In this document: positions 38,201 to 55,241 of the stretch, in pieces
Layout: every line of letters begins with the position of its first letter
How positions within the stretch are numbered: the stretch's first letter is position 1
Source: Lama guanicoe
Lineage: Eukaryota
Length of the DNA: 64,000 bases
Direction: 5' to 3'
Assembly (NCBI GenBank): GCA_013239625.1
Contig: MU054220.1
Span: forward strand, 2,045,374-2,109,373
The notes under the pieces: generated by a model
What the model was told of the DNA's origin: nothing
The model's input: the letters and a program-made list of their open reading frames with translations, nothing else
The model's database searches: none
Translations under genes and position numbers: made by a program

Positions 38201-41200
38201 ATGTGCTGAAATAGAGGCTTAGCCCTTCCTTCATATCAGCTAGTTTTTGGCTTTCTTTTTTGAAGGTCTTGCCCTTTCTTCACCCCCCCCTCCTTGGAAA
38301 CTTAATGAAACCTAAGCATAGTTCCCTCCTGTCCACACTTCGAAAAAGAGGTCTATTAAGCTATTTCACGAGTCTAGGGGGCCCACTCTGCCTTGGCTTT
38401 CCTGGGAGAGGGCCTGGGAGGTGGGGCTTTCCTCTGAGAGCTTCCCAGTTAAAAGCCCTGTGGTCAGGGATGCAGCCAGGCATCTTACCCAAAGGTTGCT
38501 GTGACCCGGGGTGAGAGGTGCTGCCTGAGGTCTCTTGGAGCTGGAACCGTTTAGAATTCCAAGCTCTCCCTCCCACTGGCCTGGGAAAGGAGTCAGGCCC
38601 TAGAGCTCATAAGGTAGTAATTGCCCCAATTTGGGGGTTGGGCTGTTGTGGAGTCGCCTTCCTTCACGACTACTGTCTTCAATCAGGAATCCTGTCAGCA
38701 TGTAGGGATAATTGATTTGGGTCTCAAGGCCCCACAGCCCCCCCCCTAGACCCCGTTGTCTCTTTGTTTCTTCCACTTAAATTGGTGCCAGTGATGCAAT
38801 GTTTTTGGGGGCTGCAGAAAGTTGACTGTAACCAAGAGCAGCCGTTAAAAAAAGCTGATTCTCTAGCTTTCCTGGCAGTTGTTTGACTCCATTTTCTGTT
38901 CTGCATTTCTGATTTAGCAAGAAGCAAACATCTTCGGTGCCCTTGGGCACCTCTTACATCCTTCTAAGCAAACTTCATTCTTTCACTGCACGTAGGCATT
39001 CCCATCCTAGCTCACAGCTGAGTGGATTGCCTGCAAGCTTCCCCACCGCCCTGCTCCCCTGCTCATTCAGGTTGGAATGAGGAGGGGAAGGGCGCTGCCT
39101 GCGACCCAGCTGGGGAGAGCCTTGCCAGGACTTGCTGCAAGCCCTGACAGGCCTACGGGAACTACCCCCTCACCTCTGTGCAGAGCCGGGAGGATCCAAG
39201 TTGTGAGCAAAGCCGGAAACAAAAGACTGGGAGCAAACCTCCCATCTGGCTGAGAGGCCGGCAGCACAAAGGTGCTGCTGCATAATTTATCACCGGAGGT
39301 TTTCTGGGACTGGGAAGCCCTTGGCTCCAGGCAGTGCCTGTTGAGAGGAGAGGACAGCTCCCCCCACAATCTGGGTGTAGAGCCAGGCAGGTACAGGGTA
39401 GGGTATTGAGAGAGTCACCTGATTAGCCCGTGAAATAAAGCTTTGAGACTGGAAGAGCCTCCACTGATCTCTCCTCACTCCGCAGGGTGGAGAAACTTCT
39501 CCAAAAGTTTCCTTTGTTGGCCCCAGCCTTGGGAATCCACTGCCACCACCTTTTGGGCATGGATGAGGACAAGAGGTAGTTTCTCTGTTGGGTTGACTAC
39601 AGCCTTCTGGAAACCAAATATAGGTGCCAGGTTATAATATCCATAAGCCAAGCAAATATGAAAGGGGTGTTCCCTCCTCTTTCCACTCCCTGCCACACTC
39701 ACCTGGCAGTTTAAATGAGAAATTTCAACCACAAGTTCAGATAAGCAATAAAAGCTAATGGTTCAAAAATGTATCACCCCCCCAAATGAGAATTTCTGCC
39801 CTTCTGGGAATGATCTCTGGTGACCATTTTTGTACCACAAGCAGGGACATGTGGTCTAAAAAGTACAAATGTACTTCTGGGGCAGTTAACATTTTTTAAT
39901 CTTTTGCTGTACTGCTGGCACTGTGGTGAGTGTTAATGTGTTCTATCACGTTTACTCCTCACTGTATCCTTATGAGGTAAATTCTCTTAGATTCATGTCC
40001 TGCAGATGGAAAACTAAGACTCGGGCCATTTGCTGTCACACAGCTAGTGAGTAACTGACCTAGGATTTGAACCCAGAGCGTAAGCTGATAACCCTCGAAC
40101 CCACACTACCTTTTAGAACAGAATGGTTTAAATTGAAGCTATACCAGAAGGTCTTGGTTGGGACTATCTACATCTTATCTTACTTTGACCTCTCCTTTCT
40201 GTTTTCAGTCTTCATCTTCTCAGGGAATCCCAATACATAAAGAATTACCTTTCAGGTGCTTTTTGATGGAGGGAGGCTTAAAAAAGTTCCCAGAAGGGGA
40301 GGTGTGGTTTGTTGCTCCCTGAAGCCATGTGTTACTCTGTGCGCCTTGTGTTTTGAGATGTAGGGGGAGAGGAAAGCAGTATTTTGAGCAGCCCCTCAGA
40401 GAGCACAGCCACATTCAAGCCCTGTTGGATTTGTAAGATCTGTTGACTGAGTTCCTAGGCCGGGTAAGTAAAACCTTGAGGACATATGTGGAGACATAGC
40501 TACATTACTGGGTTGAGAGAGAGGACACTGTTGAAGATGATGGGGTTAATAAAAACAACAACAAAAATAATAGCTGCTTACTGTGTACTTTATATTTATC
40601 ATTTCATTTAAACCTCCCAGTGGCCCTATGAAATAGGTACTGTTATTAACCCCATTTAACAAAAAAAAGAAACCAATCAGTTTCTGAATTGCTCTGTAAA
40701 TTAGGTTCTAAATGCTCTTTTCTTTACTTGCCTCCTAGGAATTGGTTGATGATAAATTAGGTGAGGATAAAGGATACTATGTGCTTCAGGCTCTTCCAGA
40801 GAAGGGCAGTGAAGCACGACTCTTGCCACAGGACTCTCCCCCCCTTCTTCCCATTGTCGCTCATGCCTCCAGCTTAATCCATGGGAGCAGCACTGAGCTT
40901 GGCACACAGTAGGGTTTTTAGACATCTCAAGCCCTGAGCAATTAGGGCTTACTCATGGGGTGGCTAGTAGACAGTCTGGGTGAGTCAAATTCTGTAACAA
41001 TAATAGTTAGACATTGTCATTTATTGAGAGCTTAGTATATGCTAGGCATTATGCCAAGGGGTTTTTATGAAATTAACTAATTCAGTTCTCATAACAACTG
41101 TGTGAGGTGGGGTCTCCCAATTTTCCAGATGAAAAACTAAGGTATAAAGAGATTAAGTAACATGCCCAGGTCAGACGGCCAGGACTTACCTTAGTTTTGT

Positions 41201-42734
41201 TCCCATGTTCTTGACACTGTGCTCTTCTGCCTCATAACTTTGGGAGCTGACTGTTGAGAACTTCTTTTCTGTATTTAAGTGTGGCAAGAGGGGACTGAAC
41301 CTGCTGGGGCCAGTAATTAGGTGTTTCATGGTGTCACTTTTGAGAGGTCTCACTAGGAAAGGACTTTATCAGATGTAAGGTAAGGCTGGCCTCTGGGGAT
41401 CTAGGGACAGACATAAGGAAAGTCATGGTGTGTCAGTATCACAGCCTGATAATACAGCCAGCGAAAGGAATTCTTGTTGGAGAAAGGAGTGAACTTAACC
41501 TGAATAGGACTAGGAAGCCACCTTAAAAAGGAGATTCCTGTTTTCTTTAGTATAGGTTAGGTAGGAAATAACCACTTTTATTTCTCCTGTTCTGGTCTTC
41601 TCTTTTCCTGTGACTCCAACCCTCACAAGGTTCTAAAGGCATATGTCATTCATTCACTTATTTTACAAACTTATGTTGATCATCACGACTTACCAGCATT
41701 GGACTATGCACTGTGAATAAAAACACAAAGCTCTATACCCTACAATTCCAACCACCAAGAGGCTTATGGTCTAGTAAGTGAATGATGGTCCCACAGTGGA
41801 CTAAATGCTACCATAAGAGGAGATACATATGGCCTCTGGGACACAGAAAAGGGACTTTCAGTTCAGCTGAGGCCTCATGGGTCCAGGTGGGGAAGCATCA
41901 GGAAACAGCCTGGCCACCTTCTACTGCCAACTGTTTGCCTTGTGTGATATTGGTTCTGATGTTTTCTCTGTAAGCTCTGTCCTTGCAGACAGTGGCTATA
42001 TTGGCCCCCAGGTCTCTCCAAATGCCAGATATCTCTCAGGTGAAGCTAGATCGATTTCCATGTGGCTCCCTGCTGCCACCCCTTTCAGTTGTGTTAGTTT
42101 TGTGTTGCTGCAAGGGCATCCCTTTCAGTGAGAGATGCTTACTGAGTAGGCCACCCAAGGAGCTGAAATCAGTGGAATAGTTCTTTGATTGGCCTGGGCT
42201 TAGTTTAGGGTCATTTCAAAGAACTTATCCTCATTAAATAAGGTTTATGTCCTCACCGTTGCTGCCAGTTGATAGGAGGAGAGAAGAGAGCTTTGGCATA
42301 AGAAGAACATTCTTCACCTCTATGAGTGATGATTCCTCCCTTTCCCATTGTGATCTCTTCCACACTGAGGTAGCCATCATATCCCAACACTCACAGGACA
42401 CTCCTTCAGCCTTCTCATTTCTGGTTCAGCTTGAAAAAGCTGCGTATAGTCTCTGTACACCTTGGGTCTCCAAGTGACAGGTATGGTCTCCCTTGAGCTG
42501 ATCATTCTATGAAGTGGTGGGGAAAAGTCTCTCTAATTTGAGTGTGCATCAGTTTCATCTGGGAAGCATTATTGAAAGTCCAGATTCTGAGATCATATTA
42601 AAAGAAGAATATCGGTCTAAGGGTCAGAATGGGGCTGCCAGGCTCTCCTTCATACCCTATGACCTTGGCCAGAGCAGGTGATCTTATGTATTAAATGAGT
42701 ACTACTGTAATGATTAAATGAGAATGCAAGTGTT

Positions 42735-42876
42735 GGGGGAGAAGGTATAGCTAGTGGTAGAGTGCGTGCTTAGCATGCACGAGGTCCTGGGTTCAATCAC
42801 CGATACCTCCATTAAAATAAATAAATAAACCTAATTACACCCCCCAAAATAATAAAATTGATTAAATTAAATTTAA
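42735..42876 (+). mobile_element. tRNA-derived SINE, Vic-1-like
   Basis: GGTATAGCTAGTGGTAGAGTGCGTGCTTAGCATGCACGAGGTCCTGGGTTCAATC...CCTAATTAC tail; perfect 18-bp TSD AAATGAGAATGCAAGTGT (42716-42733, 42877-42894). Confidence 0.9.
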
Positions 42877-43239
42877 AAATGAGAATGCAAGTGTGTATGC
42901 AAAAGTAGCTTGCAAACTGTCAAAAGAAACTGCAAAATGGAATCATTTATTGTCTGAAGCCCTGTTCTTTTCTGGACCAATACAATACGGAGGCACTGGT
43001 TCAGAGGACTAGGGCTCTATGCTGTCCCTGCTTCACCTCACCTTAGGACAAGTGACATTGGTCCTTAGCCTTGGCAGTAGCCAGGAGAGGTCACTGCTTG
43101 AGATCCATAAATTCACTGTGTATTTGCTAATCAAGAATAAAGGAGAAAGACCCAAAAGTCTCAGTATTATAAAAACCCTTTTTTGATCTCAAGGTTTTGG
43201 AAATGCTCATAATAACAATACCACTTATTGCGAGGCACT

Positions 43240-43700
43240 CTGATGAAGTGATTAAGAGCAGAGGATCTGGGATTGACCTGCCTGAGTGTGAATGCTGGCT
43301 TCAACCCTTAGTACCTGTGTTACCCATCAATGGACTTTACCTCCGTGTGTCTCAGTGTCCTCAACTGTGAAGTGTTGATAATAATAACAGTGCCACCTCC
43401 CAGGAGGGGAGGTAGTATATGAAAAGCACTTAGAAAAGTATTTGGAGAGAACCTGGTAAGTACTCAGTAAATGATGATGTATTGTTATGAAGCTTTTGCT
43501 GTGTGCCAGCCATGTGCTCAGCACTCTGTATAGATTATTTAGTTAAATCTTTACAAAACTGTTTGCTGTAGGACTATTGTTATTCCCATTTTATGGATGA
43601 GGAAACTAAGACTCAGAGGTATTAAGTAACTTGCTCAAAGTTGTAGAGTTAGTGGACTTGAACCCCAGCCTCTTTGACTTCAGAATCTATGTTCTCTCAC
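43240..43700. mobile_element. tail-to-tail MIR pair
   Basis: Forward core near 43340-43400; reverse core CCCATTTTATGGATGAGGAAACTAAGACTCAGAG. Confidence 0.75.
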
Positions 43701-44850
43701 ATGTTACACTGTGTCTGGTATACCAGATGGACATTTCCTTGCTTTCCTTCTAAAGAAAACAGTGAGAAAGTGGTAAGATGGCTGAGATTTTGGTTAACCT
43801 ATGAACACATTAACGTGTCTCCCAAAAGCTGGATAACTTGATGATCAAAGATAGGGAACACTTTAGGAAGAGATCTTTTCCTTGTTGAGTTGCATTAGAT
43901 TGAAGGGCCCACGCCCTTTGAGGCCAAGGGAGCTTACAGTGTGGCTGACACATAGCTTCCATGGCCAGAAGCACAGCTGAGTGTTCTAGCTGAATACTTC
44001 TTAAAATGAAGACTGCGTTTTGCCACCCGCAGTCATTTGTTTCCTTTCTTCACTCACCATTCTTTTAGTTAAAAAGGGTTAAAAGCTGTCCTTTATGATC
44101 GCAGCCAGGACTGGAGTGAAAAGGCAGAATTCCACCTCCTCGGATCCCAGAGGGGCAGCTGTTGTCCAGAAGAGCTGGGTGTTGGAGTATAATGTGTCTA
44201 TTTACTGTATGAACACCGAAGCCAAGAGTTTGCCTGCTGCTGGCTGCCTGACCTTCACATGCTGACGTTTAGATGTGGCTCTGACATGCAGGAAGTCGTG
44301 ACTTTTCAGCAACTAACTTGATGTCCACCGGATGGAATGCTTTGTTCCCGAAGTCTGCAGGGGAACTCAGGACTTCTGCTATCACTCAACCAAAGGCGCT
44401 GGGGGTGGGGGTGCCTAAAAAGAAATCCTGAAGGTTCCTCTTTACATTCTGGATTCTTTTCTACTTGCATGCAGCCTCGAGATGCTGCTGGTCTTGCTCT
44501 CCCAATCCTGGTACTCAGGTTTTTTAAATCAAGGCCTTTTGGAAAAAGCCAGCCCCCAAATCCTCATTCCCCCACACTCTCATCCTGCATTTATGAAACA
44601 TCTTTGGCGTGCCAAGGCATGAGATTAGCCTTTTCCACTTTTATCTCCATGTCCAATCCTTGTGGCTTTTTTACACATGAGGAAACATGCTTAGGGAACT
44701 ATGGGACTTGTACAAGGTGGCCCAGCTGGTCAGTGAGACCCAGCTCTCTGCTCCAGGTCCAGTGCTTCCTCCTCTTCCCTTCTCCCCCACCTCACCTCTT
44801 ACCCTGAACTCCGCATTGGTACAGCCCCCCTCCCTGCTGTGCGTGCCTAG

Positions 44851-45058
44851 CTGTGCTTCTCAACCTCCACTGGCATTTTAGGCTAATGACTTCTTTGTTG
44901 TGGGTACCTGTCCTGTACATTGTAGGATATTTAGCAGCATCCGTGGCCTTTATCCTCTAGATGACAGCAGTTCTACTAGTCACAACAAAAAATGTCATCA
45001 CCCATTGCCAAATGCTCCCCCCCACCAGAGAAAAATCATGCCTCATTGAGAAGCACCC
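44851..45058 (+). mobile_element. MER20-like hAT-Charlie element
   Basis: GTGCTTCTCAA...TTGAGAAGCAC inverted ends; core CATTGTAGGATATTTAGCAGCATCC. Confidence 0.85.
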
Positions 45059-46864
45059 TTAGCCTTAGTCTTCCTCTTTACCACCCCGCCTCCGTGCAAG
45101 GGATCAATGTGTTGGGGAGCCCCATGGCATGGGGTCCTCTGGAATACTTAGTTGCTCTTCCATCCCAGCAAGAGTTCCCCAAATTAGTGCCTATAACAAT
45201 GATGAGCCAGTCACAAGTCACAATTTCCTCAGGCTCTGGTGCCCAGGGACGGAGTGAAAAAAGCCCCCATCCCTTCTCAGTGCTCTCAGAACAGGCCCAA
45301 GAGGATGAGACTGGGGCTGAGGCATCTGGGTCATCAGTGCTTCCCTGGGAAGAATCCTCTGTTCTGTACTTGCAGAGAGACCTGGAGAGACAGGTGCTTT
45401 GGGCTTGGAGTAGGGCCTTCCTGTGAGCTATAGAGATGCAGCACCTCTCAGATGCAACCCTGTGGCTTCTGCAGCAAATCCTGCGTCTTTTCTAGGGCAG
45501 CTGACTCTCTTTGCACGTGGAGAGGGAAGGCAAGTCCTCAGTTGATGATGGGGTGAAAGCTGTGGTCCTTCACTCCAGAAATGTACGTTTTGCAGGCAGG
45601 TAGTTTCAGGGGTTCACAGATCCCAAAGCTGGCCATCCATCCATCCATCTGCAGGTTAGGAACACTTGCTTTAGTCTTACACTTAGCACTGGGATTGAAA
45701 TAGAAACGGAGGTGTCTAGGGCTCTCCCCTTACTTTTGGTGGGAATAGCAGTACACCCTTCATTCTGGGCCCTAAGCTGGCTCGAATAACGTAATGAGGT
45801 GAGGATGTACGTCAAGAGGTGAGCCGAGAGAGAAGCTGGGTCCAGTGAATAGGAAAGGAAGTGGGGTGGCAATTTGGGAGCAGACTCCTTCCCTGTTCCA
45901 GCCTAGCCTGAGGGCAGGGCCCAGCTGAAGGGAGGAAAGGGAGAAGAAAGCAAGGGGGGAGATGAGCAAGGGAGAGGTGGCCCCCTTCTTTCCCAGCTGC
46001 AGCAGCCCAGCGGGTCAGATGAATGCTGGGAGGGGGGAAGAGTGACCCTGGCAGAACTCTTTGTTCCAGCTGAGGCTAGAGCAGGGGCACCGAGCCATTC
46101 ACACGCCATCCCAGGGCATCCTGCTGGGCACGCTGGAGAGGGGGCACAGCAGCCGGTCATGGGACTTGGCCAGGCAGATAGCTGGATACTCAATAGGGAA
46201 GCCCAGCTGCGTGCTGCTGAGGCTGGGGGAGGGGCTGCTTCTGCCATCCTTCCTCCAGGCTGTGGCCAGTCCCATAGACAGGAAGGCCCTGACTGGTCCC
46301 ACTCAGTCTGCCCCGAGGCAGCCTGGTCCCCCTCCAACCCCCCATCCCACTCCTCCTGGTCACCCTCCTTAAAAGCAAGTTCCTGCTGCTTCCTGCTCCC
46401 CTCTGTTATTTCTTATCCCTAAAGGGGCTCCAGCATTTTAATTTCACTCTTATTTCTTGCCCTCCTTGGCCAGTGTCCAAGGGCCTGGTCCTGGATAGAG
46501 GCAAAGGCAGCCATAACTCAACCTAGGTTTGAAGAGAAGAATATGGAAGCCTTTCTGCATCACCCCTCCTGTCCCCGGCTCCCTTTCCTCAAGACCACCA
46601 GCTCTCCAGGTGGCATCTTTGTCTCTGGGCCTTTGTGGGTATGTGCAAAAGAAACCCTGTCATAGAAGGTATACCTGGACTGTTTGTGAGCTCAAAGTCA
46701 GAGTGTATCTTCTATACCATTTCTGCCTTAGAGGAGGAGGAAGGCATGATTGTATCATCCATGTCTCCCTACGGCATCCCTGTGGCTCCCTGGGTGGCAG
46801 TTCCCCTAGACTTAGTTCCTTTGCCTTGCCCCACTGGAATGGGCTTTGGTTGGGTGGGAGCTGA

Positions 46865-47095
<231 letters not shown>

Positions 47096-48178
47096 TGAGG
47101 GAGCAAGGACAAATGTGATGGAGTGTTCTGTGCATCAGCTATGTCAGACTCAGACGCTTGCACGGGTGACAGATATTGACAGATGGGTGATTTCTTCACA
47201 ATACATATGGCTTCAACCTTCCTGTATGTCCTTCATTTCCATACATGTGTAGCCAATAAAATAAACTTTGAAAAAAGTACAGAAGAAAACACCCTTGAAA
47301 CTACAGGCAGTCTCTAATTAGATAGATGTCTCTCTATATATGTGAGTAAGTGTATTTTCAGTGCATATTTGTACATTTTTAAAGTGCATAGTACACGTGG
47401 ATGCAGAGGATGTCTGTGTTTCTTATACTGGTATTCTGTGTGATCACACCTTTTTAAATAACATAAACTTTGTAAGAAGTCTTATAGTCTTGTTAAATCT
47501 TCCTTATCCCCCAAGTATAGTAACGCAAGTATGCACCACGGGCTAGGGTGACCTGTCTTGGATATACACTAATATCACTCCTGAGCCAGTTGTCTGGGTT
47601 CAGGGGTGCAGCCTCCAACCTGCAGCACCTACATCTGAGGGAGGCTAATTAGTCCTATGAGAATGAAGCTACAACTTGGACCTTATTAACCCTAACCAGC
47701 TTAGCTAATTGTGATGACGGTAAATGGCTCACTTTCATGTAGCACTTCCACAGGCATTATCTTAAAAGACCTCTCTGAGTCAATTATAATTATTCCCATT
47801 GTACAGTCGAAGAACCTGTGGCTCAGAGAGCGTAACTGATTTGCTCAGTATGGTAAGTAATGTGTCCTAGAACTGGCAATTGAGCCCAGATGTGTCAGTC
47901 ATCATTTAATATAGGAAAAGGGTTAGGGGGGGAATACGCTAATTGCTCTTTTCATGTTTTCTTTAACTGCTTTCTTAGTGATGTTGAGTTGCTTGGGTTC
48001 TTCTGCCCTGGGAACCCCTGACCACCACTCCCTAAGAATCCTCTCGCTTCTTACCTGCTGTCTCTGCTTGGTTCTCGATCAGCCGGTGGGGGGCAGGCGC
48101 AGGAGTCCGTGCGGAAGGACTGTAATTCAGATGGGAGACATGGAACAAGTGTGAGGAAAGGATATCTGGCCCGGTTGA

Positions 48179-49313
<1,135 letters not shown>

Positions 49314-49430
49314 TAGGCTGAGCCAAGTGGGAACAGGTTCCCAAGATGGGAAAGGAGGGCTCCCTCTGGTTCACCAGAATATGGGAGTCTATGAGGGCCA
49401 TCCCAAATGAATCCTATTTTCCTTGCCTGA

Positions 49431-50072
<642 letters not shown>

Positions 50073-50077
50073 TAGGA

Positions 50078-50295
50078 CAGGACCACCGTGTACAGTCGTG
50101 TAGGTTGGGCACCTCACAGAGGTGCCGTGTCCAGAGGATGCCAGTCCCACAACAGACATATATTCTCTAATTATGTAGATTTATATATTTATCATGGCAG
50201 TTTTCCAGCAGATGGCAGTAAATTGTCTTTAGAAAAGGACACCTTTTTCTGATTCCCACAGAAATGCCATGCTGACCAACTGTGACAATGGTGTC
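50078..50295 (+). mobile_element. MER91-like hAT-Tip100 element carrying a CTCF-like motif
   Basis: CAGGACCACCGTGTACAGTCGTGTAGGTTGGGCAC start resembles MER91; a related inverted copy lies near 61640-61890. Confidence 0.6.
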
Positions 50296-50383
50296 AAGAA
50301 GCGTGGCATGGGCTCTGGCATAAAGTACGGTTTGGGGTGGCAGGGTGGCACCTCAGGCTGCAGTGGGGCCAGCCTTATACTAG

Positions 50384-50566
<183 letters not shown>

Positions 50567-51032
50567 TAGTTGGGTTGGAGGCAGGGGTGAAAAGAGGCTG
50601 TTATTGCTACCTTTCCAGTTGGGCCAAGGTGATGCTTTAGTCAGAACTTGCCCGTGGTCTGGATTTTTCCTGCTCTTCTCAGTTACCAGTGTCAAAACCG
50701 GGTGTATCTGCTGACCTGCAGCCCCATGGCCTGGAACACAATATCAGGGCTGAGAGCGTCAATGTCCTCTCACATTCTAGTCACACACAGCCAGTGCCTG
50801 TCGTTCTAGCCTAGTGAGCAAGGACTGCTCTCTGGCTGACAGCACCTAGGCCCTCTCCCCTAGCCACACTGGTGCCCGACACACGGATACACTCTCTCAT
50901 TCTGTCCCACACCCCTCACCATCCTGCTGTGGTGTCCACATGCAGACATCCAGCCGGCCCTGTCTGAGCTGTTTCCTGCCTTGGACCCCAACCCTCCCAC
51001 CTTGAGTCCCATCTGTCTCCCGCTCACCCTAG

Positions 51033-51599
<567 letters not shown>

Positions 51600-51934
51600 T
51601 AGGAGCAGGGCCAGGTAGCTGTGTTCCCCAGGGGTCAGGCATTTAATGGGCTTGACCTCATTTCAATATTACAGTAGCCCTAAGAGGTGGGGATTATTGT
51701 CCCTCCCATTTCAAAGATAAGGGAATGGAAGCTCAGAGAGGTTAGTCACTTACTGAAGGCCACAGAGCCAGTGAGTAGCAAAATTGGGATTCCAGCTGCA
51801 TGACCTCGAAGCCCTTAACCACTTGTTATATGACCTTCCCACTGGGTCTGGACATTAGATGGGTATGTGGACAAGAAAGCAGCCAGTTGGCTTGGGGGTT
51901 GGGATGGGAGGGTGGCAGGACAGAGATCGCCTGA

Positions 51935-52117
<183 letters not shown>

Positions 52118-52405
52118 TGAGCATGGAGACAGCCAGGTGCTCCAGCGCTCGGGAATTTGCTGAGAGACAGAGAGATGTTTCCGTCTCAGTAAATTGGAGC
52201 TGTGAGTTGCGTTCTGGGACCCAAGGAAAACCTTGCTGGAGTCAGGTGTATACTTTGCAGGCTCCCACTCTTTTAGTACTGGTGCTGACAGCTTGGGACA
52301 TGCACTAGGGGGCATGGGGCCCCTGGGAGCTGGGGGTGCATGCTGATGGTTGCTGGGGGCAGCTCTGGAGCCCAGTGGGGGCCCCATTTCTATGCCACGT
52401 CCCAG

Positions 52406-52636
52406 GGCCGGAGCCTGTGCTACTGTTCGCCAATCGCATCGACATCCGGCAGGTGCTGCCGCACCGCTCCGAGTACACACTGCTGCTCAACAACCTGGAG
52501 AATGCCATCGCCCTTGATTTCCACCACCGGCGCGAGCTCGTCTTCTGGTCAGATGTCACCCTGGACCGGATCCTCCGTGCTAACCTCAATGGGAGCAATG
52601 TGGAGGAGGTTGTGTCTACAGGGCTCGAGAGCCCAG
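52406..52636 (+). CDS. LRP4: LRP4 exon 12 (beta-propeller 1)
   Basis: cccag|GG...G|gtaggg; [14 protein letters not shown]...STGLESP; 231 nt. Confidence 0.97.
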
Positions 52637-52670
52637 GTAGGGATGAGGGCTCAGGGGAAGGGGTAGAGCC

Positions 52671-53050
52671 ACACCACATGCAAACCAATCCTTGTAGGAA
52701 CAGGCCAGTGGCCACACACCCTCGGCAGCAGAACATCTTCTCCCAGTGAAATCTTGCATGGAACTCTAATACAGAAAACATTTGTTAGTCTATATTTTAT
52801 AGGTTCAGATTTATAACATTTACTTCTTATTGAGCTCAGTCAATGGACTAATGAGACCATACACCACATGCAAACCAATCCTTGTAGGAACAGGCCAGTG
52901 GCCACACACCCTCGGCAGCAGAACATCTTCTCCCAGTGAAATCTTGCATGGAACTCTAATACAGAAAACATTTGTTAGTCTATATTTTATAGGTTCAGAT
53001 TTATAACATTTACTTCTTATTGAGCTCAGTCAATGGACTAATGAGACCAT
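52671..53050. repeat. perfect 2 x 190-bp tandem duplication in LRP4 intron 12
   Basis: 52671-52860 is identical to 52861-53050 (ACACCACATG...ATGAGACCAT). Confidence 0.97.
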
Positions 53051-53589
53051 TTTGATGAATGTAACCATTTGAAATCAGAGATTTATGGATGGTAGTTACA
53101 ATTCTCTATCAGCCTGCATCCAGTTTAATTCTGAATTTTGTTTTGATGGCTTATTATGAGGGATATTCTGATCAACCCAGATAAATATATCCAGATGTTT
53201 GCAGACTAGAAAAGCAAGAGCTCACTTTGTAATTTCAGGCCATTCTATAAGCAGGTGAAGTAGTTAGAATTTGATATTGAGCGCGTTTGACTCAAATGCT
53301 TGTGGAACTTCTGATGTGCACCTGCAGGATCCTAAGCCACAATTTGCAAACCTCTAGGCCACTGTAGTCACGGACCCTGGTGTGGGTCAGGGAGCCAGAA
53401 TTTAGGAAGTGGAATATAAATGGCTGAGAGGAGGAAATGCATGACCTTGGACAGTTACTTGACTTCTCCGTGCCTCAGTTTCTTTATCTTCATGGGGATT
53501 ATAGAACCTTGCTCACACGGTTGTTGTGATGATTAGAGTTAGTGTATAATGATTAGAACAGTGGCTGGCCAAGAAACTGCTTCGTGTAA

Positions 53590-53823
<234 letters not shown>

Positions 53824-54575
53824 TGAGTGAGTTGTGACTCAGTCTCCCAAATTCCTCTTACAACCTCTAGGGACAGTCCCCAGACCATCCAGGCCAGACT
53901 TCACTGGGGCAGGGGCATCCTCACAGTGTGATATTAACAGCCTGGGCTCTGTACCCTGACACACCTGGATGTACAGCTCCAGTAACTGGCTGTGTGGCCT
54001 TGGGCTAGTTAATCTCTCTCTGCCTTCATTCTATTCATTTCTAAACTGGTGATGAAAAATATACCTACCTCATAACTGTGTGAAGATTAAATGAGATGAT
54101 GCATTTTAAATGGCATAATACACATTAGATAAGTTGTAGGTGTTTAGTATTTTTATTAGTTCATAGAGTTGAGCTAATTAATAAAAGTTAAGAATAAGTT
54201 CTAGTATTAAGAGAAAGATTTCCTGAAATGGAAGTTCTTAGCCTCTAACTTTTAAAAATTAAATGCAGTCAATTGAGAAGGGGAGGTGTCCTCTAAGATC
54301 CTACAGTTGTAGGTCAGCTGTTTTAGAAACTGTGTGTGTGTGTGTGAAAAATTACAAAAAGCAGTGTTAGATACTGTAACAAAGAAGAAAGTGCTTGTCC
54401 TAAGTAGTATTACACTAGTATATTGTCAGTTCCACAGGGTCATGAATTTTTTGTTTTGTTCATCGCTGCACTCCCAAAGCCAAAGACAGATATGCCCTGT
54501 CTAGAGACATTTAAATTCAAACATTAAAAAAACACTCTCTAGACCAAACAATGTATCTCCTACAAGTTGGGTTAA

Positions 54576-54962
<387 letters not shown>

Positions 54963-55022
54963 TGAGATTTGGACAGTTGCTGGGCCTGGGCCCAGGGACC
55001 AGACAGGCCATGTCTAGACTAA

Positions 55023-55241
<219 letters not shown>

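Noticed and set aside
42735..42810. tRNA-like sequence
   Set aside because: Followed by the SINE-specific tail and flanked by an 18-bp TSD, so it is a SINE head and not a tRNA gene
53050..53355. Possible hAT transposase 3' remnant next to the tandem duplication
   Set aside because: Resemblance is too degenerate to name without a Dfam search; no ORF
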